Notes: generated from the letters alone by a model not told the origin. Shown: positions 28,619-39,180, numbered from the stretch's first letter. The stretch: DNA of 64,000 nt from a bacterium (GCA_021821305.1 JAKACP010000001.1:468349-532348), one strand, 5' to 3'. Translations and numbers: made by a program.

Positions 28619-30070
28619 TCAGAGCACTTCCGCGGCGTAGTCGGCGAGACGCGAACGTTCGCCTTTGAGGAGAGTGATGTGCCCATTGTGCGGCCATCCT
28701 TTGAAACGGTCGACCACGAAAGTCAGGCCCGAACTGCCTTCCGTCAGATAGGGCGTGTCGATCTGCGCGAGATTGCCGAGACAGACCACCTTGGTGCCGG
28801 GACCGGCTCGGGTGATGAGCGTCTTCATCTGTTTCGGCGTGAGGTTCTGCGCCTCATCGATGATGAGGAACTTATTGAGGAAGGTCCTCCCGCGCATGAA
28901 GTTGAGCGACTTCACCTTGATCCGTGAACGTATGAGATCGCGTTGTGACACTCGGTCCCAGTCTCCCTTGTCATGGTGCTGGTCGCTGAGGACATCGAGG
29001 TTGTCGTCGACGGCACCCATCCAGGGATTCATTTTTTCCTCTTCGGTTCCGGGAAGGAAGCCGATGTCTTCGCCCACGGGGACAGTGACTCGGGTGAAGA
29101 TGATCTCGGAATACCGCTCAGACCCTTTCGTCAGGGTCTGCTGCAGTGCTGCCGCGAGCGTGAGGAGCGTCTTGCCGGTGCCGGCCTGTCCGAGAAGGGT
29201 GATGAAGTCGATCTCGGGATCCATGAGGATGTTGAGGGCGAAATTCTGCTCTCGGTTCCTCGCGGTGATGCCCCAGACGTTGTTCTTGGCATGGCTGAAG
29301 TCGCGCACCGTGATCATTTCAGCCTGTCTCCCCCTGGTTTTCGTTACCTTGGCGTAGAGGGGCTTCAGTCCTTCCAGATAGACGAACTCGTTCAGCGACA
29401 AACTCGGTACCAGCGGGCCCTTGATGCGGTAGTGGGTGTGACCCTTGTCCTGCCAGGATTCCATACCTTTGCCATGAGTATTCCAGAAATCCGAGGGCAA
29501 TTCGTGCAAGCCCGTATACAGGAGATCGGTATCCTCCAATACCTTGTCGTTGAAATAGTCTTCGGCGGGCAATCCCAACGCACGGGCCTTGATGCGCATG
29601 TTGATATCTTTCGATACCAGGATGACCTGCCGTTTCGGATGGTGGCGGGCGAGGAAGAGGACGACGCCGAGAATCTGGTTGTCGACCTTGCTGGTCGGCA
29701 GACTCATGGGAATGTCGCCCGTGATCGCCTGGGTCTGCAAGAACAGCTTGCCGGTGGCGGAATCGTTGCTGTGTATGGCGAGCGGCGCGCCGTCCTCGAT
29801 GCTATCGAGTTGTCTGATGACCTCGTCGATGTAGCGGCTGGCCTGGCGCGCGTTGCGCGACACCTCGGTCGAGCCTTTCTTGTGTTGGTCCAGCTCTTCC
29901 AGCGTGGCGATCGGCACGTAGACATCGTGCTCCTCGAACCGGAAGAGGCTCGTCGGGTCGTGCATGAGCACGTTCGTGTCGAGCACGAACAGCTTGGTCG
30001 GGGCTTTTTCTTCCTTCGGAAGTGCCCCCTCCATATGTTCATGAACTTCCCTGCGTCTCAGTGCGGGCAT
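28619..30070 (-). CDS. PhoH-like ATPase with N-terminal PIN domain (YlaK-like)
   Basis: N-terminal KLFVLDTNVLMHD…ILGVVLFLARH (PIN). C-terminal LLGQAGTGKTLLTLAAAL (Walker A) and FLIIDEAQNLTP (Walker B). ATG at 30070 chosen (MPALRR…). Confidence 0.85.
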   Translation of the reverse strand: MPALRRREVHEHMEGALPKEEKAPTKLFVLDTNVLMHDPTSLFRFEEHDVYVPIATLEELDQHKKGSTEVSRNARQASRYIDEVIRQLDSIEDGAPLAIHSNDSATGKLFLQTQAITGDIPMSLPTSKVDNQILGVVLFLARHHPKRQVILVSKDINMRIKARALGLPAEDYFNDKVLEDTDLLYTGLHELPSDFWNTHGKGMESWQDKGHTHYRIKGPLVPSLSLNEFVYLEGLKPLYAKVTKTRGRQAEMITVRDFSHAKNNVWGITARNREQNFALNILMDPEIDFITLLGQAGTGKTLLTLAAALQQTLTKGSERYSEIIFTRVTVPVGEDIGFLPGTEEEKMNPWMGAVDDNLDVLSDQHHDKGDWDRVSQRDLIRSRIKVKSLNFMRGRTFLNKFLIIDEAQNLTPKQMKTLITRAGPGTKVVCLGNLAQIDTPYLTEGSSGLTFVVDRFKGWPHNGHITLLKGERSRLADYAAEVL

Positions 30071-30155
30071 GGTAGCGCTCCTTTCGTGGTTGGTTGTCAA
30101 AGTGCAACAAGGAATCGTCCCATGATGCGGTATTTTTTGCAAGTTTCCCTGTTCC

Positions 30156-30184
30156 TTGCCAAAAAGACGCCAAAAACCTATACT
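30156..30184 (+). promoter_or_regulatory. sigma-70-like promoter for rplI (TTGCCA-17-TATACT)
   Basis: TTGCCA 30156-30161, 17-nt spacer, TATACT 30179-30184; about 30 nt upstream of rplI ATG. Confidence 0.55.
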
Positions 30185-30213
30185 GAAACGAAGAAAATAT
30201 ATCGGAAGTGTCC

Positions 30214-30660
30214 ATGAAAGTCGTTTTCCTGAAAGCCGTGAAGAATGTCGGGAATCCGGGAGAGATCAAGGAGGTCTCCACCGGCTATGCCTCCAACTTT
30301 CTCATCCCCAAAGGATTGGCCATCGCCGCGACCAAGGACGCCGTCGTCCGCGTCGAGAGCGAGAGACGGAAGAAGGAGACGTCCCTGTCGCGGCAGAAGG
30401 AGCTCGATCGGAAACTCGCGACCGGCCTGTCCGGGCAGGAAGTGACGATCGCGGCCAAATCGGAAGGCGGCAAGCTCTTCGGCTCGATCGGGCCGCGCGA
30501 GATCGTGTCCGCCCTGGAGAAACCGTTTCCGGGCGTCACGGAAAAGAATATTTCCCTCAAGGAGCACATCAAGACGACGGGGACATTCCCCATGGAAGCG
30601 CGATTCGGGTCCGAACGGGCGAAGTTCACGGTCATCGTCCGGTCGGATGAGAGGGGATAG
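30214..30660 (+). CDS. rplI: 50S ribosomal protein L9
   Basis: [40 protein letters not shown] is the canonical L9 N-domain. Alternative start at 30208. Confidence 0.85.
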   Translation: MKVVFLKAVKNVGNPGEIKEVSTGYASNFLIPKGLAIAATKDAVVRVESERRKKETSLSRQKELDRKLATGLSGQEVTIAAKSEGGKLFGSIGPREIVSALEKPFPGVTEKNISLKEHIKTTGTFPMEARFGSERAKFTVIVRSDERG

Positions 30661-30723
30661 CCCCCTCTTTTTTCATGAGATAGCAGAGAGGCCCTAACTC
30701 ATCAATCGGCATATCCATACCAT

Positions 30724-32367
30724 ATGGCGACACGGAAACAGAGGCGGACCAAGTATATCTTCGTGGTGGGCGGCGTGATGTCGGGCGTCGGCAAGGGCAT
30801 CGCCGCCTCGTCGATCGGCAAGATTCTCCAGGCGAGAGGGCTGACCGTCACCGCGCTCAAGATCGACCCGTATATCAACGTCGACGCGGGGACGATGAAC
30901 CCGACCGAGCACGGGGAAGTGTTCGTACTCCAGGATGGCTATGAGACCGACCAGGACATGGGCAACTACGAGCGGTTCATGGGGCTGTCGCTCGACCGGG
31001 GCAACTACATGACGACCGGGTCGGTGTACAAGAGCGTGATCGACCGGGAGCGCAACCTCGAGTACGGTGGACGGTGCGTGGAGGTGGTCCCGCATATCCC
31101 GCTCGAGGTGATCGGCCGGATACGTGCCGCGGCCAAGAAGGCCGATGCCGACGTCGCGATCATCGAGATCGGCGGGACGATCGGTGAGTACCAGAATATC
31201 CTCTTCCTGGAAGCGGTTCGGATGATGAAGATCGAACGGCCCGAGGATGTCCTCGTCGCACTCGTGAGCTATCTCCCCATCCCGGGGAAGATCGGCGAGA
31301 TGAAAACCAAGCCGACTCAGTACGCCTCGCGGACTCTCAACTCCGCCGGTCTCCAGGCGGATATCATCATCGCCCGATCGGCTGTCCCGCTCGATGAACG
31401 GCGCAAGGAAAAGATCGCGACCTTCTGCAGTCTTCGCAAGGATTCCATCGTCTCGGCGCCGGACGTCGACAGCATCTACGACGTACCGCTCAATTTCGAA
31501 AAAGACCACCTCTCCGACATCCTTCTCAAGAAGCTCGGCCTCCGCGCCCGCAAGAACACGCTCGGAGATTGGGCCCGGGTCGTCTCGCGCGCCAAAAAGG
31601 CCGAGAAGCCGGTCAGGGTCGCCGTCGTGGGGAAATATTTCAAGACGGGGGATTTCGTGCTCTCGGACGTGTACATAAGCGTCATCGAGGCGCTGAAGCA
31701 CGCGGCGTTCGCGGTCGGACGCAAGCCGGAGCTCACCTGGATCGACAGCGAGGAATACGAGAACGATCGGAAGAAACTCGCGGAGCTCAAGGGGTTCGAC
31801 GGCGTACTCATACCGGGAGGATTCGGCTCGCGCGGCGTCGAGGGAAAACTGCAGGCGATACGGTTCTGCCGGGAAAACAAGATCCCGTATTTCGGCCTCT
31901 GCTACGGCATGCAGCTCATGGTCATCGAATATGCGCGTCACGTGCTCGGGCTCAAGTCCGCGAACACGACCGAGGTCGATCCGAGGACGAAGGATCCGGT
32001 CATCGATATCCTGCCCGAACAGCGGGCCAAGCTCGCCCGCAAGGACTACGGCGGAAGCATGCGCCTCGGATCGTACACGGCGGTCATCGCGCCCAAGACG
32101 ATCGCGGCCGCGGCCTATGGCGCAAGCGAGGCGCTCGAACGCCACCGCCACCGCTACGAGGTGAATCCGGAATATGTCGACAGGATCCGCGGAGCCGGAC
32201 TCGTCTTCTCGGGGACGTCTCCCGACGGTACGCTCATGGAGATCGCCGAGCTTCCGAAGTCGAAGCACCCGTTCTTCCTCGCGGCGCAGTTCCATCCGGA
32301 ATTCCAGTCGTCGCTCGAACATCCGCATCCGCTTTTCCTCGCCTTCCTCAAGGCGTGCGCGAAGTAG
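30724..32367 (+). CDS. pyrG: CTP synthase PyrG
   Basis: YIFVVGGVMSGVGKGIAASS N-terminus; GATase domain with GLCYGMQ catalytic Cys; 547 aa. Confidence 0.95.
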   Translation: MATRKQRRTKYIFVVGGVMSGVGKGIAASSIGKILQARGLTVTALKIDPYINVDAGTMNPTEHGEVFVLQDGYETDQDMGNYERFMGLSLDRGNYMTTGSVYKSVIDRERNLEYGGRCVEVVPHIPLEVIGRIRAAAKKADADVAIIEIGGTIGEYQNILFLEAVRMMKIERPEDVLVALVSYLPIPGKIGEMKTKPTQYASRTLNSAGLQADIIIARSAVPLDERRKEKIATFCSLRKDSIVSAPDVDSIYDVPLNFEKDHLSDILLKKLGLRARKNTLGDWARVVSRAKKAEKPVRVAVVGKYFKTGDFVLSDVYISVIEALKHAAFAVGRKPELTWIDSEEYENDRKKLAELKGFDGVLIPGGFGSRGVEGKLQAIRFCRENKIPYFGLCYGMQLMVIEYARHVLGLKSANTTEVDPRTKDPVIDILPEQRAKLARKDYGGSMRLGSYTAVIAPKTIAAAAYGASEALERHRHRYEVNPEYVDRIRGAGLVFSGTSPDGTLMEIAELPKSKHPFFLAAQFHPEFQSSLEHPHPLFLAFLKACAK

Positions 32368-32404
32368 CCTGTCAAAAATCTCACGCTGAAACGGCCGGAA
32401 AGAC

Positions 32405-32440
32405 AAAACCGGTCCGACGTGAGTCGGACCGGTTTTCTTT
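32405..32440. terminator. bidirectional rho-independent terminator between convergent pyrG and rpmA
   Basis: aaaa-ccggtccgac-gtga-gtcggaccgg-ttttcttt. Confidence 0.6.
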
Positions 32441-32448
32441 CGTGGAAT

Positions 32449-32736
32449 CTACTTCTTCTCGGCGGGGAGGACGTTGACGAAGGTCCTCTTGGCGAGCTTG
32501 CCGGTGAAGCTGACGACCTGCTTGGTCTTGAAGCTGACGATGCCGGTCACGAGGGACACGAGCGTATCGTCGCCGCCTTTCATCACGTTCTCGCCGGGAT
32601 GGAACTTGGTGCCGCGCTGGCGTATGACGATGTTACCGGGCTTGGCGACCTGACCTCCGAAGAGCTTGACGCCGAGGCGCTGGGACCTCGAATCGCGGCC
32701 GAGACTGGTAGAACCGCCTGCTTTCCTGTGTGCCAT
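32449..32736 (-). CDS. rpmA: 50S ribosomal protein L27
   Basis: [29 protein letters not shown]…[16 protein letters not shown] is the canonical L27. Confidence 0.9.
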   Translation of the reverse strand: MAHRKAGGSTSLGRDSRSQRLGVKLFGGQVAKPGNIVIRQRGTKFHPGENVMKGGDDTLVSLVTGIVSFKTKQVVSFTGKLAKRTFVNVLPAEKK

Positions 32737-32804
32737 AGTATTCCTTTTAGATTGAAATCAGTATATACTAGGATAAAACGAAACGGGACGCATGTCAAGA
32801 TGCT

Positions 32805-33191
32805 ATGAAGAAGCTTCTTTTGCGGTGGATGAGCGCATTGCGGCGTGAACGGGAGCGTATAGGGGTATTCGCCTCGATATGCCTCGTCGGAGTCCTCGGA
32901 TTCGAGGCGGGGACGATGGTCGCGGGGTCCGCCGGAGCCGCTCCGATCGTGATAGAGATCCCGGCCGCGGCGCCGCCGATAGCGGCCGCCGAAGGCGTCG
33001 TCGCAGGGGTCACGGCCACTGCCACGGATGTCGCGAAAAAGGACTGTGCCTTCGTCGGAAGCCGGAACTCGGATCTCTACCACTTGCCGACCTGCGCCTC
33101 CGCGAAGCGCATCAAACCCGAAAATATCGTCTGCTTCACGGATCCGGAGGATGCCGAAAAACGCGGGTATCGACCGGGGTGCCTGAAGTAA
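32805..33191 (+). CDS. membrane-anchored hypothetical protein with small C-terminal Cys/His domain
   Basis: N-terminal TM (IGVFASICLVGVLGF), Ala/Pro-rich linker, C-terminal …SDLYHLPTCASAKRIKPENIVCFTDPEDAEKRGYRPGCLK (YHxPxC…F…A…GYRPxC). Confidence 0.5.
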   Translation: MKKLLLRWMSALRRERERIGVFASICLVGVLGFEAGTMVAGSAGAAPIVIEIPAAAPPIAAAEGVVAGVTATATDVAKKDCAFVGSRNSDLYHLPTCASAKRIKPENIVCFTDPEDAEKRGYRPGCLK

Positions 33192-33201
33192 ACAAAAAAC
33201 C

Positions 33202-34422
33202 ATGATCACGCCATCGTCTGGAAACGCGCATCAGGAGAAACTCGATGAACGGAAGATACGTTTCATCAGTATCCTCTCCTTCATTTTCGGATTCACCGAC
33301 GCGTTCTTCATCTATATCATCTCGTCGTATTTCTCCGAGGTCGTCGGCTCGGACAGCGTCGGTGCCTTTTATCTCGTCGCCTTCTCCATCGTCCTCACCC
33401 TCCTGTGGTGGCTCCATCGGATCATACGGAAAATCGGCGGAAGCATCCGCGCGTTCTTCCTCTTCATCCTGATGGCCGTGGTCCTCGGGACGGTGCTCTC
33501 CGCTCTCCAGACGGGATGGGTCGGCGCCCTCTGTATCGCGCTTCTCCTCATCGTTTCCAATATCGCCTGGGTGATCCTCGACGTGATCCTCGAGGAGCAC
33601 TCTTCCGACGGGGCGACCGGCCGCGTCCGCGGGCTCCATCTTACCATCATGAACGCGGGGCTCCTCCTCGCGCCGTTCCTCTCGACACGGGTCGTCGATA
33701 TCTACGGATTCAGCGGGGTGTTCTTCGGTATCACGCTCGGGTACGCGCTCCTTTTCGCGGCCGCCATACTCTTCCTCCGCAACGGTCGGACCTATACCTC
33801 GGCCAAGATGGACGCGGGCGACGCGTGGAGGAAGATGCTCCGGCAGAAGAACCTGCTCCGCATCTACGGCATCTCCTTCGCGCTCGAGTTCTTCTACGTG
33901 ATCATGATCATCTATTCGCCGATCTACCTCCGGTCCATCGGGGTATCGTGGGGCGATATCGGTATCCTGTTCACGTTCATGCTCCTGCCGTTCGTCCTCT
34001 TCCAGTATCCGCTCGGCGTGCTCGCCGACAAGCGGTTCGGCGAGAAGGAGTTCCTCGTGCTCAGCCTGGCGCTCGGCGCCGTGAGCGTCGCCGTATTGGG
34101 GATATTCCCGTCGGCGGACCTGCTGTTCCTCGGCGCCGTTCTCTTTCTCACCCGTATCGGAGCGGCCGGTATCGAGGTCCTCCGCGACGCGTATTTCTAC
34201 AAGCAGATCGACGGCGGGGATGACGATCTCATCGCGTTTTTCCGGACCGCACGCCCGACGGCCAATATCCTCGGCGCCGTGGTGGCGATCCCGTTTCTCG
34301 CCGTGTTTCCGCTTCAGGGGATATTCCTCCTCGCGGCCATTATGCTCGGGGTTATGGTCATCCCGGCGCTCGCGCTCGATGATACGCCCGGGGAGCGGGA
34401 GTCAACTGGAATTCCCGTCTGA
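33202..34422 (+). CDS. MFS-type transporter (12 TM), hypothetical substrate
   Basis: 406 aa; alternating hydrophobic segments typical of the major facilitator superfamily. Confidence 0.7.
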   Translation: MITPSSGNAHQEKLDERKIRFISILSFIFGFTDAFFIYIISSYFSEVVGSDSVGAFYLVAFSIVLTLLWWLHRIIRKIGGSIRAFFLFILMAVVLGTVLSALQTGWVGALCIALLLIVSNIAWVILDVILEEHSSDGATGRVRGLHLTIMNAGLLLAPFLSTRVVDIYGFSGVFFGITLGYALLFAAAILFLRNGRTYTSAKMDAGDAWRKMLRQKNLLRIYGISFALEFFYVIMIIYSPIYLRSIGVSWGDIGILFTFMLLPFVLFQYPLGVLADKRFGEKEFLVLSLALGAVSVAVLGIFPSADLLFLGAVLFLTRIGAAGIEVLRDAYFYKQIDGGDDDLIAFFRTARPTANILGAVVAIPFLAVFPLQGIFLLAAIMLGVMVIPALALDDTPGERESTGIPV

Positions 34423-34468
34423 TTTATGCTATTTTAAGGAGGAAGGAGCCTTCCTGTGCCTATTTTCT

Positions 34469-35191
34469 ATGCCCTGTCACGTGAAACTCGCACAATTCGA
34501 AGGCCCGCTCGAGCTCCTGCTCTCCCTCATCGAGGATCGCAAGCTCGATATCACGCAGGTGAGCCTCGGATCGGTCGCTGACCAGTACCTCGAACGGCTC
34601 GCCGTCGACAAGGACGCGATCTCGCTCGAGAACCTCTCGAGTTTTCTCGTCATCGCGGCGCGGCTCATCCTCATCAAGTCGAAGATGCTCCTGCCGGTGC
34701 TCGAGTTCACCGACGATGAGGAAGAGGCGATGGAGGACCTCGAGCTCCGGCTCGCGGAGTACAAGCGTTTCCGGGAAGCCGCTCTCGGCATAGGCGCTCT
34801 CCTCGCGCAGGGCGGCCGCTCGTTCACGCGCGAGAAATTCGCCGGAGCACCCGAGGTCTTCGCGCCGCCGAAAGGGGTCACGGGAGATACGCTCCGGGCC
34901 CACTTCGCGTCGATACTCGGTGAACTGCCCACGCGGGAGGAGACGATCGAAGAGGTGATCGAGGAGATCATCAGCCTCGAGGAACGCATCGTTTCCCTGC
35001 GGCACTCGCTTCGGAACCGCGCCGAGCAGACCTTCCGCGAACTCGCGGCGGATGCCGAGAACCGCATGGAGGTCATCGTCTCGTTTCTCGCGATGCTCGA
35101 GCTCGTCAAACAGCGTACCGTCGTCGTACACCAGCAGGACGTCTTCGGCGATATCCGTATCACCATGAGCGAAACCGTCACCGTCCGTTGA
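34469..35191 (+). CDS. scpA: segregation and condensation protein A (ScpA kleisin)
   Basis: …KLAQFEGPLELLLSLIEDRKLDITQVSLGSVADQYL is the ScpA N-terminal signature; followed by scpB. ATG at 34469; the listed ORF 34220 is an extension. Confidence 0.75.
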   Translation: MPCHVKLAQFEGPLELLLSLIEDRKLDITQVSLGSVADQYLERLAVDKDAISLENLSSFLVIAARLILIKSKMLLPVLEFTDDEEEAMEDLELRLAEYKRFREAALGIGALLAQGGRSFTREKFAGAPEVFAPPKGVTGDTLRAHFASILGELPTREETIEEVIEEIISLEERIVSLRHSLRNRAEQTFRELAADAENRMEVIVSFLAMLELVKQRTVVVHQQDVFGDIRITMSETVTVR

Positions 35192-35805
35192 ACACACTCC
35201 CTATGTCGAACACGTCACCATCCGTCGCATCCCTCATCGAATCGCTCCTCTTCATCCATGGCGAGCCGCTTTCGCGCGCCCGCCTCGCCAAGGCGCTCTC
35301 CGTTTCCGAAAAGGACATCGCATCCGGCCTCGACATGCTGCGCAAGCGCTACGAGGACCCGGACTCCGGGCTCACCCTCATCGAGAAGGGAAAGGATGTC
35401 GAGATAGCCACGAGACCCGACAACGCGGGTGCGGTGGAGCGGCTCATCGTGGCCGATCGCGAAGAGACGCTCGGCAAGGCGACGCTTGAGACGCTCTCGG
35501 TCGTCGCGTATCGGGCACCGGTCAGCCGGGCGAGCATCGACGCGATCCGGGGAGTCAATTCCTCGTTCGCGCTCCGCAGCCTGCTCCTCCGGGGGCTGAT
35601 CGAGCGCCGGTCGAATCCGCTCGACGCGCGCGAATACGAATATGAGCCGTCGTTGCGATTGCTCGAGCTCCTCGGCATCGGATCCATCGAGGAGTTGCCG
35701 GACTACGGCTCGCTCGCACGCGATGCCGCGCTCGAAGCGGTCGTCGCGGGGGACACCGTTCCCCGGGAACATCAAGACCTCCATGAAACGGACAATGGAC
35801 ACTAA
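35188..35805 (+). CDS. scpB: segregation and condensation protein B (ScpB)
   Basis: ESLLFIHGEPLSRARLAKAL…TLETLSVVAYRAPVSRASIDAIRGVNSSFALRSLLLRGLI winged-helix tandem; start overlaps scpA stop (ATGA). Confidence 0.8.
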   Translation: MNTLPMSNTSPSVASLIESLLFIHGEPLSRARLAKALSVSEKDIASGLDMLRKRYEDPDSGLTLIEKGKDVEIATRPDNAGAVERLIVADREETLGKATLETLSVVAYRAPVSRASIDAIRGVNSSFALRSLLLRGLIERRSNPLDAREYEYEPSLRLLELLGIGSIEELPDYGSLARDAALEAVVAGDTVPREHQDLHETDNGH

Positions 35806-35821
35806 CGGCACATTGCGCGGT

Positions 35822-36871
35822 ATGAGAAGATTCCTCCTCTTTTTTTCAGTCGCTTTCCTCGTCGGTTTTTCCCTGCTCATCGGGGGAACGGCGATACTCG
35901 CGAGCGGGGATTTTCTCTCCAAGACGATCTCCCTGATCCCCGGATCCCAGGGGTATTCGGAGCGCTTCGACGGACGCGTCGCGGGGGATTTCGCCGTCGC
36001 GGCACAGCCGGTCATCTCGGAACAGCGGGCCTCCTCGTCGGAGTTCCGCCCCATCAGGAAGGACGGCATCGGCACCTTCGCGGTCCCTACGGCGCACGCC
36101 GCCATCATCCTCGACGCCGGGACGGAAACCGCGCTCTTCGAATCGTCCGCCGACGAGCGGCGATCCATCGCCTCGATCACCAAACTGTTCACCGCGATGA
36201 TCGTCGTGGAAACCGTCAAGGATCTCGATGAGCCCGTGACGATCACCGAGGACTCCGTCTACGCGGAAGGGACACGGGTCGGCTGTCCGCGCTCCGGATA
36301 CTGCATCAGCCAGCGGCTAGAGGTCGGGGAAAAGATCTCCGTGCGAAGCCTGCTCAAGGCGGCGCTCATGAACAGCGCCAACGATGCGGCGATCGCGCTC
36401 GCGATCCACGTGGACGGGAGCCAGGAGCGTTTCGCCGACCGCATGAACGCGCGGGCGAAGGAGCTCGGCATGGAGAATTCGCATTTCTGCACGTCGTCCG
36501 GCCTGGAGCTCGACGGGCGGGAGGAAGAATGCTATTCTTCGGCCCGTGATATCGCCAAGGTGGCCGCCCACGCGCTGGAATATGATGTCCTCTGGAATAT
36601 CATGCGAACCGGAGAAACGACGATCACATCCGTCGACGGAGCGTATGTCCATGAGATTTTCAATACGAACCAGCTGCTCGGGCAGTACCCGAATCTCGTC
36701 GGCACCAAGACGGGGTTCACTCCGCGTTCCGGATACTCGCTTCTCGCGGTCGCCGAAGACCCCGCCGACCGGAAACACCGCCTGATCGCCGTGGTGCTCG
36801 ACGACGCGTATCGCTGGGACAGCATCCAGGAGATGTTCGCGTGGGGGTTCGGATCCTTCGAGTGGCGTTGA
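35822..36871 (+). CDS. D-alanyl-D-alanine carboxypeptidase (serine-type, PBP5/6-like, peptidase S11)
   Basis: Signal peptide MRRFLLFFSVAFLVGFSLLIG. SITKLFTAM (SxxK), SANDAA (SxN), KTGFT (KTG). The listed ORF 35642 overlaps scpB. Confidence 0.8.
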   Translation: MRRFLLFFSVAFLVGFSLLIGGTAILASGDFLSKTISLIPGSQGYSERFDGRVAGDFAVAAQPVISEQRASSSEFRPIRKDGIGTFAVPTAHAAIILDAGTETALFESSADERRSIASITKLFTAMIVVETVKDLDEPVTITEDSVYAEGTRVGCPRSGYCISQRLEVGEKISVRSLLKAALMNSANDAAIALAIHVDGSQERFADRMNARAKELGMENSHFCTSSGLELDGREEECYSSARDIAKVAAHALEYDVLWNIMRTGETTITSVDGAYVHEIFNTNQLLGQYPNLVGTKTGFTPRSGYSLLAVAEDPADRKHRLIAVVLDDAYRWDSIQEMFAWGFGSFEWR

Positions 36872-36904
36872 GCATGCGATGTTAAATACCTTTGAAACGG
36901 ACAT

Positions 36905-38026
36905 ATGAACGAAGTGGCGCCGATCATGGAAGTGGCACAGATACAGAATATTCCGGCGGTCATGAACACGCTCAAGGTGCTCACGACCGGACTGCTCGCG
37001 TTCCTGCTCGCCTTCGCGCTCACGCCGCTGTGGACGCATATCCTCTACAGGTACAAGATCGGCATCAAGATCAAGAGTGCCGACGTGAACGGGGAGAAGC
37101 TGACCTTCGTGAGCAAGCTCCACGCGAGCAAGGCCGGGACCCCTACCATGGGTGGCGTCATCGTCTGGGTGACGGTGCTCATACTCGCGTTTTCCTCGGA
37201 ATACCTGCTCCCGCTCATCGCGGAGTGGACGGATACCAATTTCCTCGCGCGACTCGATTTCCTTCGCCGTTCGCAGACCTGGCTCCCGCTTTTCGTGCTC
37301 GTGACCGCCGGCATCCTCGGGCTCTTCGACGACTGGATGAGCGTGCGCGGCAAGGGGACGAACAAAGGGGGCGGCATGCGGTTCGCGCTCCGGTTCTGGT
37401 GGCTCATCGGGATCGCTTCGGCCGGCGCGTGGTGGTTTTATTCCAAGCTCGGATGGGACGAACTGCATGTCCCGGCGCTCGGGGATTTCACGATCGGCTG
37501 GTGGTATATCCCGCTTTTCCTCTTCATCATCCTGTTCTCCGCGATCTCCTCGAACGAGACGGACGGCCTCGACGGTCTCAATGGCGGAGTGCTGCTTCTC
37601 GCCTTCGGCTCTTTTTCGCTCATCGCGTACTTCCAGAACAGCATGGATCTCGCGGCCTTCTGCGCGGCGGTGGCGGGGGCGCTTCTCGCGTTCCTGTGGT
37701 TCAACATCTATCCGGCGCGGTTCTTCATGGGTGATACGGGCGCCATGGCGCTCGGTACGACGCTCGGCGTGGTCGCGATGCTGACCAATTCGGCGCTGGT
37801 CCTCTTCCTCATCGTCTTCATCTACGTCCTCGAGTCCGGCAGTGCGGCGATACAGCTCCTCTCGAAACGGTTCCTGCACCGAAAAGTGTTCCTCGCCGCT
37901 CCTCTTCACCACCACTTCGAGGCCAAGGGGTGGCCGGAGCCGAAGGTCGTCATGCGCGCGTGGATCTTCACGGCGATCACGGCGCTCCTCGGGGTGATCA
38001 TCGGCATCATCGGTATGGGAGAGTAG
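36905..38026 (+). CDS. mraY: phospho-N-acetylmuramoyl-pentapeptide transferase MraY
   Basis: NETDGLDGL, GDTGAMALG and PLHHHFE motifs; 10 TMs. Alternative internal starts exist. Confidence 0.9.
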   Translation: MNEVAPIMEVAQIQNIPAVMNTLKVLTTGLLAFLLAFALTPLWTHILYRYKIGIKIKSADVNGEKLTFVSKLHASKAGTPTMGGVIVWVTVLILAFSSEYLLPLIAEWTDTNFLARLDFLRRSQTWLPLFVLVTAGILGLFDDWMSVRGKGTNKGGGMRFALRFWWLIGIASAGAWWFYSKLGWDELHVPALGDFTIGWWYIPLFLFIILFSAISSNETDGLDGLNGGVLLLAFGSFSLIAYFQNSMDLAAFCAAVAGALLAFLWFNIYPARFFMGDTGAMALGTTLGVVAMLTNSALVLFLIVFIYVLESGSAAIQLLSKRFLHRKVFLAAPLHHHFEAKGWPEPKVVMRAWIFTAITALLGVIIGIIGMGE

Positions 38027-38109
38027 CGAAAGTCTGGTATACTCAGGGAAACGGTCTTATCATAGCGGTGAGATATTGAACAGGCTTTTATCATAATAAA
38101 CGAGCGAAT

Positions 38110-39180
38110 ATGGCAGGCATCCGAAGCATCGAATCGATCGATTTCACGGGAAAGAAAGTGCTGCTCCGGGTCGATTTCAATGTCGAACTCAACAAGAAGC
38201 AGGATGTCCAGGAACAATTCAAACTCGAGGCTCCGAAAAAGACCCTCGCGCACATCCTCTCGTACCCGGGGGTGAAGGTCGCGCTTCTCACGCACTTCGG
38301 CCGGCCGGACGGAGCGCGGAACATGCTGTTCTCGCTCCAGCCGGTCGTGGACGATGCCGAGCGCGCGCTCGGGGTCAAGGTCCGTTTCCATGAGGACTGC
38401 GTCGGTGACGGCGTGTCCGCCGCGCTCGAGACGCTTCCGGAAGGGGAGGCGCTCCTCCTCGAGAACGTGCGTTTCTACCCCGGCGAGGAGTCCGATGACC
38501 CGGCGTTCGCGGCACGGCTCGCGGCACCGTTCGATATCTATGTCAACGAGGCGTTCAGCGTCTGCCACCGTGCGCAGGCATCCGTCTCCGCAATCACCGA
38601 GACTCTCCCTTCGTTCGCGGGATTCCGCCTGGCCGAGGAAGTCCGAAGACTCGAGGAGGTCCGCACGAATCCGGCGCGACCGGCCGTGGCGATCATCGGA
38701 GGCGCTAAGATCGAGACCAAACTGCCGCTCATACGCGAGTTCGAGCGGCTCTATGACGCGGTGCTCGTCGGCGGCAGGGTCGCCAACGAGGCGCTCGACG
38801 AGAACATCGAGTTCTCCGAGAAGGTGCTCCTCCCCAAGGATTTCCAGGGCGGCGACGCGAGGCTTGATATCGGCCCCGTGACGACGGCCATGTTCATCGA
38901 GATCATCGGCAAGGCCAAGACCATCGTCTGGAACGGTCCGATGGGGAAATTCGAGGAGAAGCCGTATGATGCGGGGACCGGTGCGATCCTCCACGCGATG
39001 CTCGCGTCGCAGGCCGATGTCGTCATCGGCGGCGGCGAGTCGCTCGTCATCATCGAGGAGGCGGGACTCATGCACAAGATCGGTTTCGTCTCGACCGGCG
39101 GAGGTGCCATGCTCGAGTACCTTTCCGGGGACGAGCTTCCGGGCTTGGTCGCGCTCGAGCGCGCGGCCGCGCGCGTGTAG
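38110..39180 (+). CDS. pgk: phosphoglycerate kinase (compact form)
   Basis: IDFTGKKVLLRVDFNV N-terminus and …TIVWNGPMGKFEE hinge motif; 356 aa. Confidence 0.85.
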   Translation: MAGIRSIESIDFTGKKVLLRVDFNVELNKKQDVQEQFKLEAPKKTLAHILSYPGVKVALLTHFGRPDGARNMLFSLQPVVDDAERALGVKVRFHEDCVGDGVSAALETLPEGEALLLENVRFYPGEESDDPAFAARLAAPFDIYVNEAFSVCHRAQASVSAITETLPSFAGFRLAEEVRRLEEVRTNPARPAVAIIGGAKIETKLPLIREFERLYDAVLVGGRVANEALDENIEFSEKVLLPKDFQGGDARLDIGPVTTAMFIEIIGKAKTIVWNGPMGKFEEKPYDAGTGAILHAMLASQADVVIGGGESLVIIEEAGLMHKIGFVSTGGGAMLEYLSGDELPGLVALERAAARV

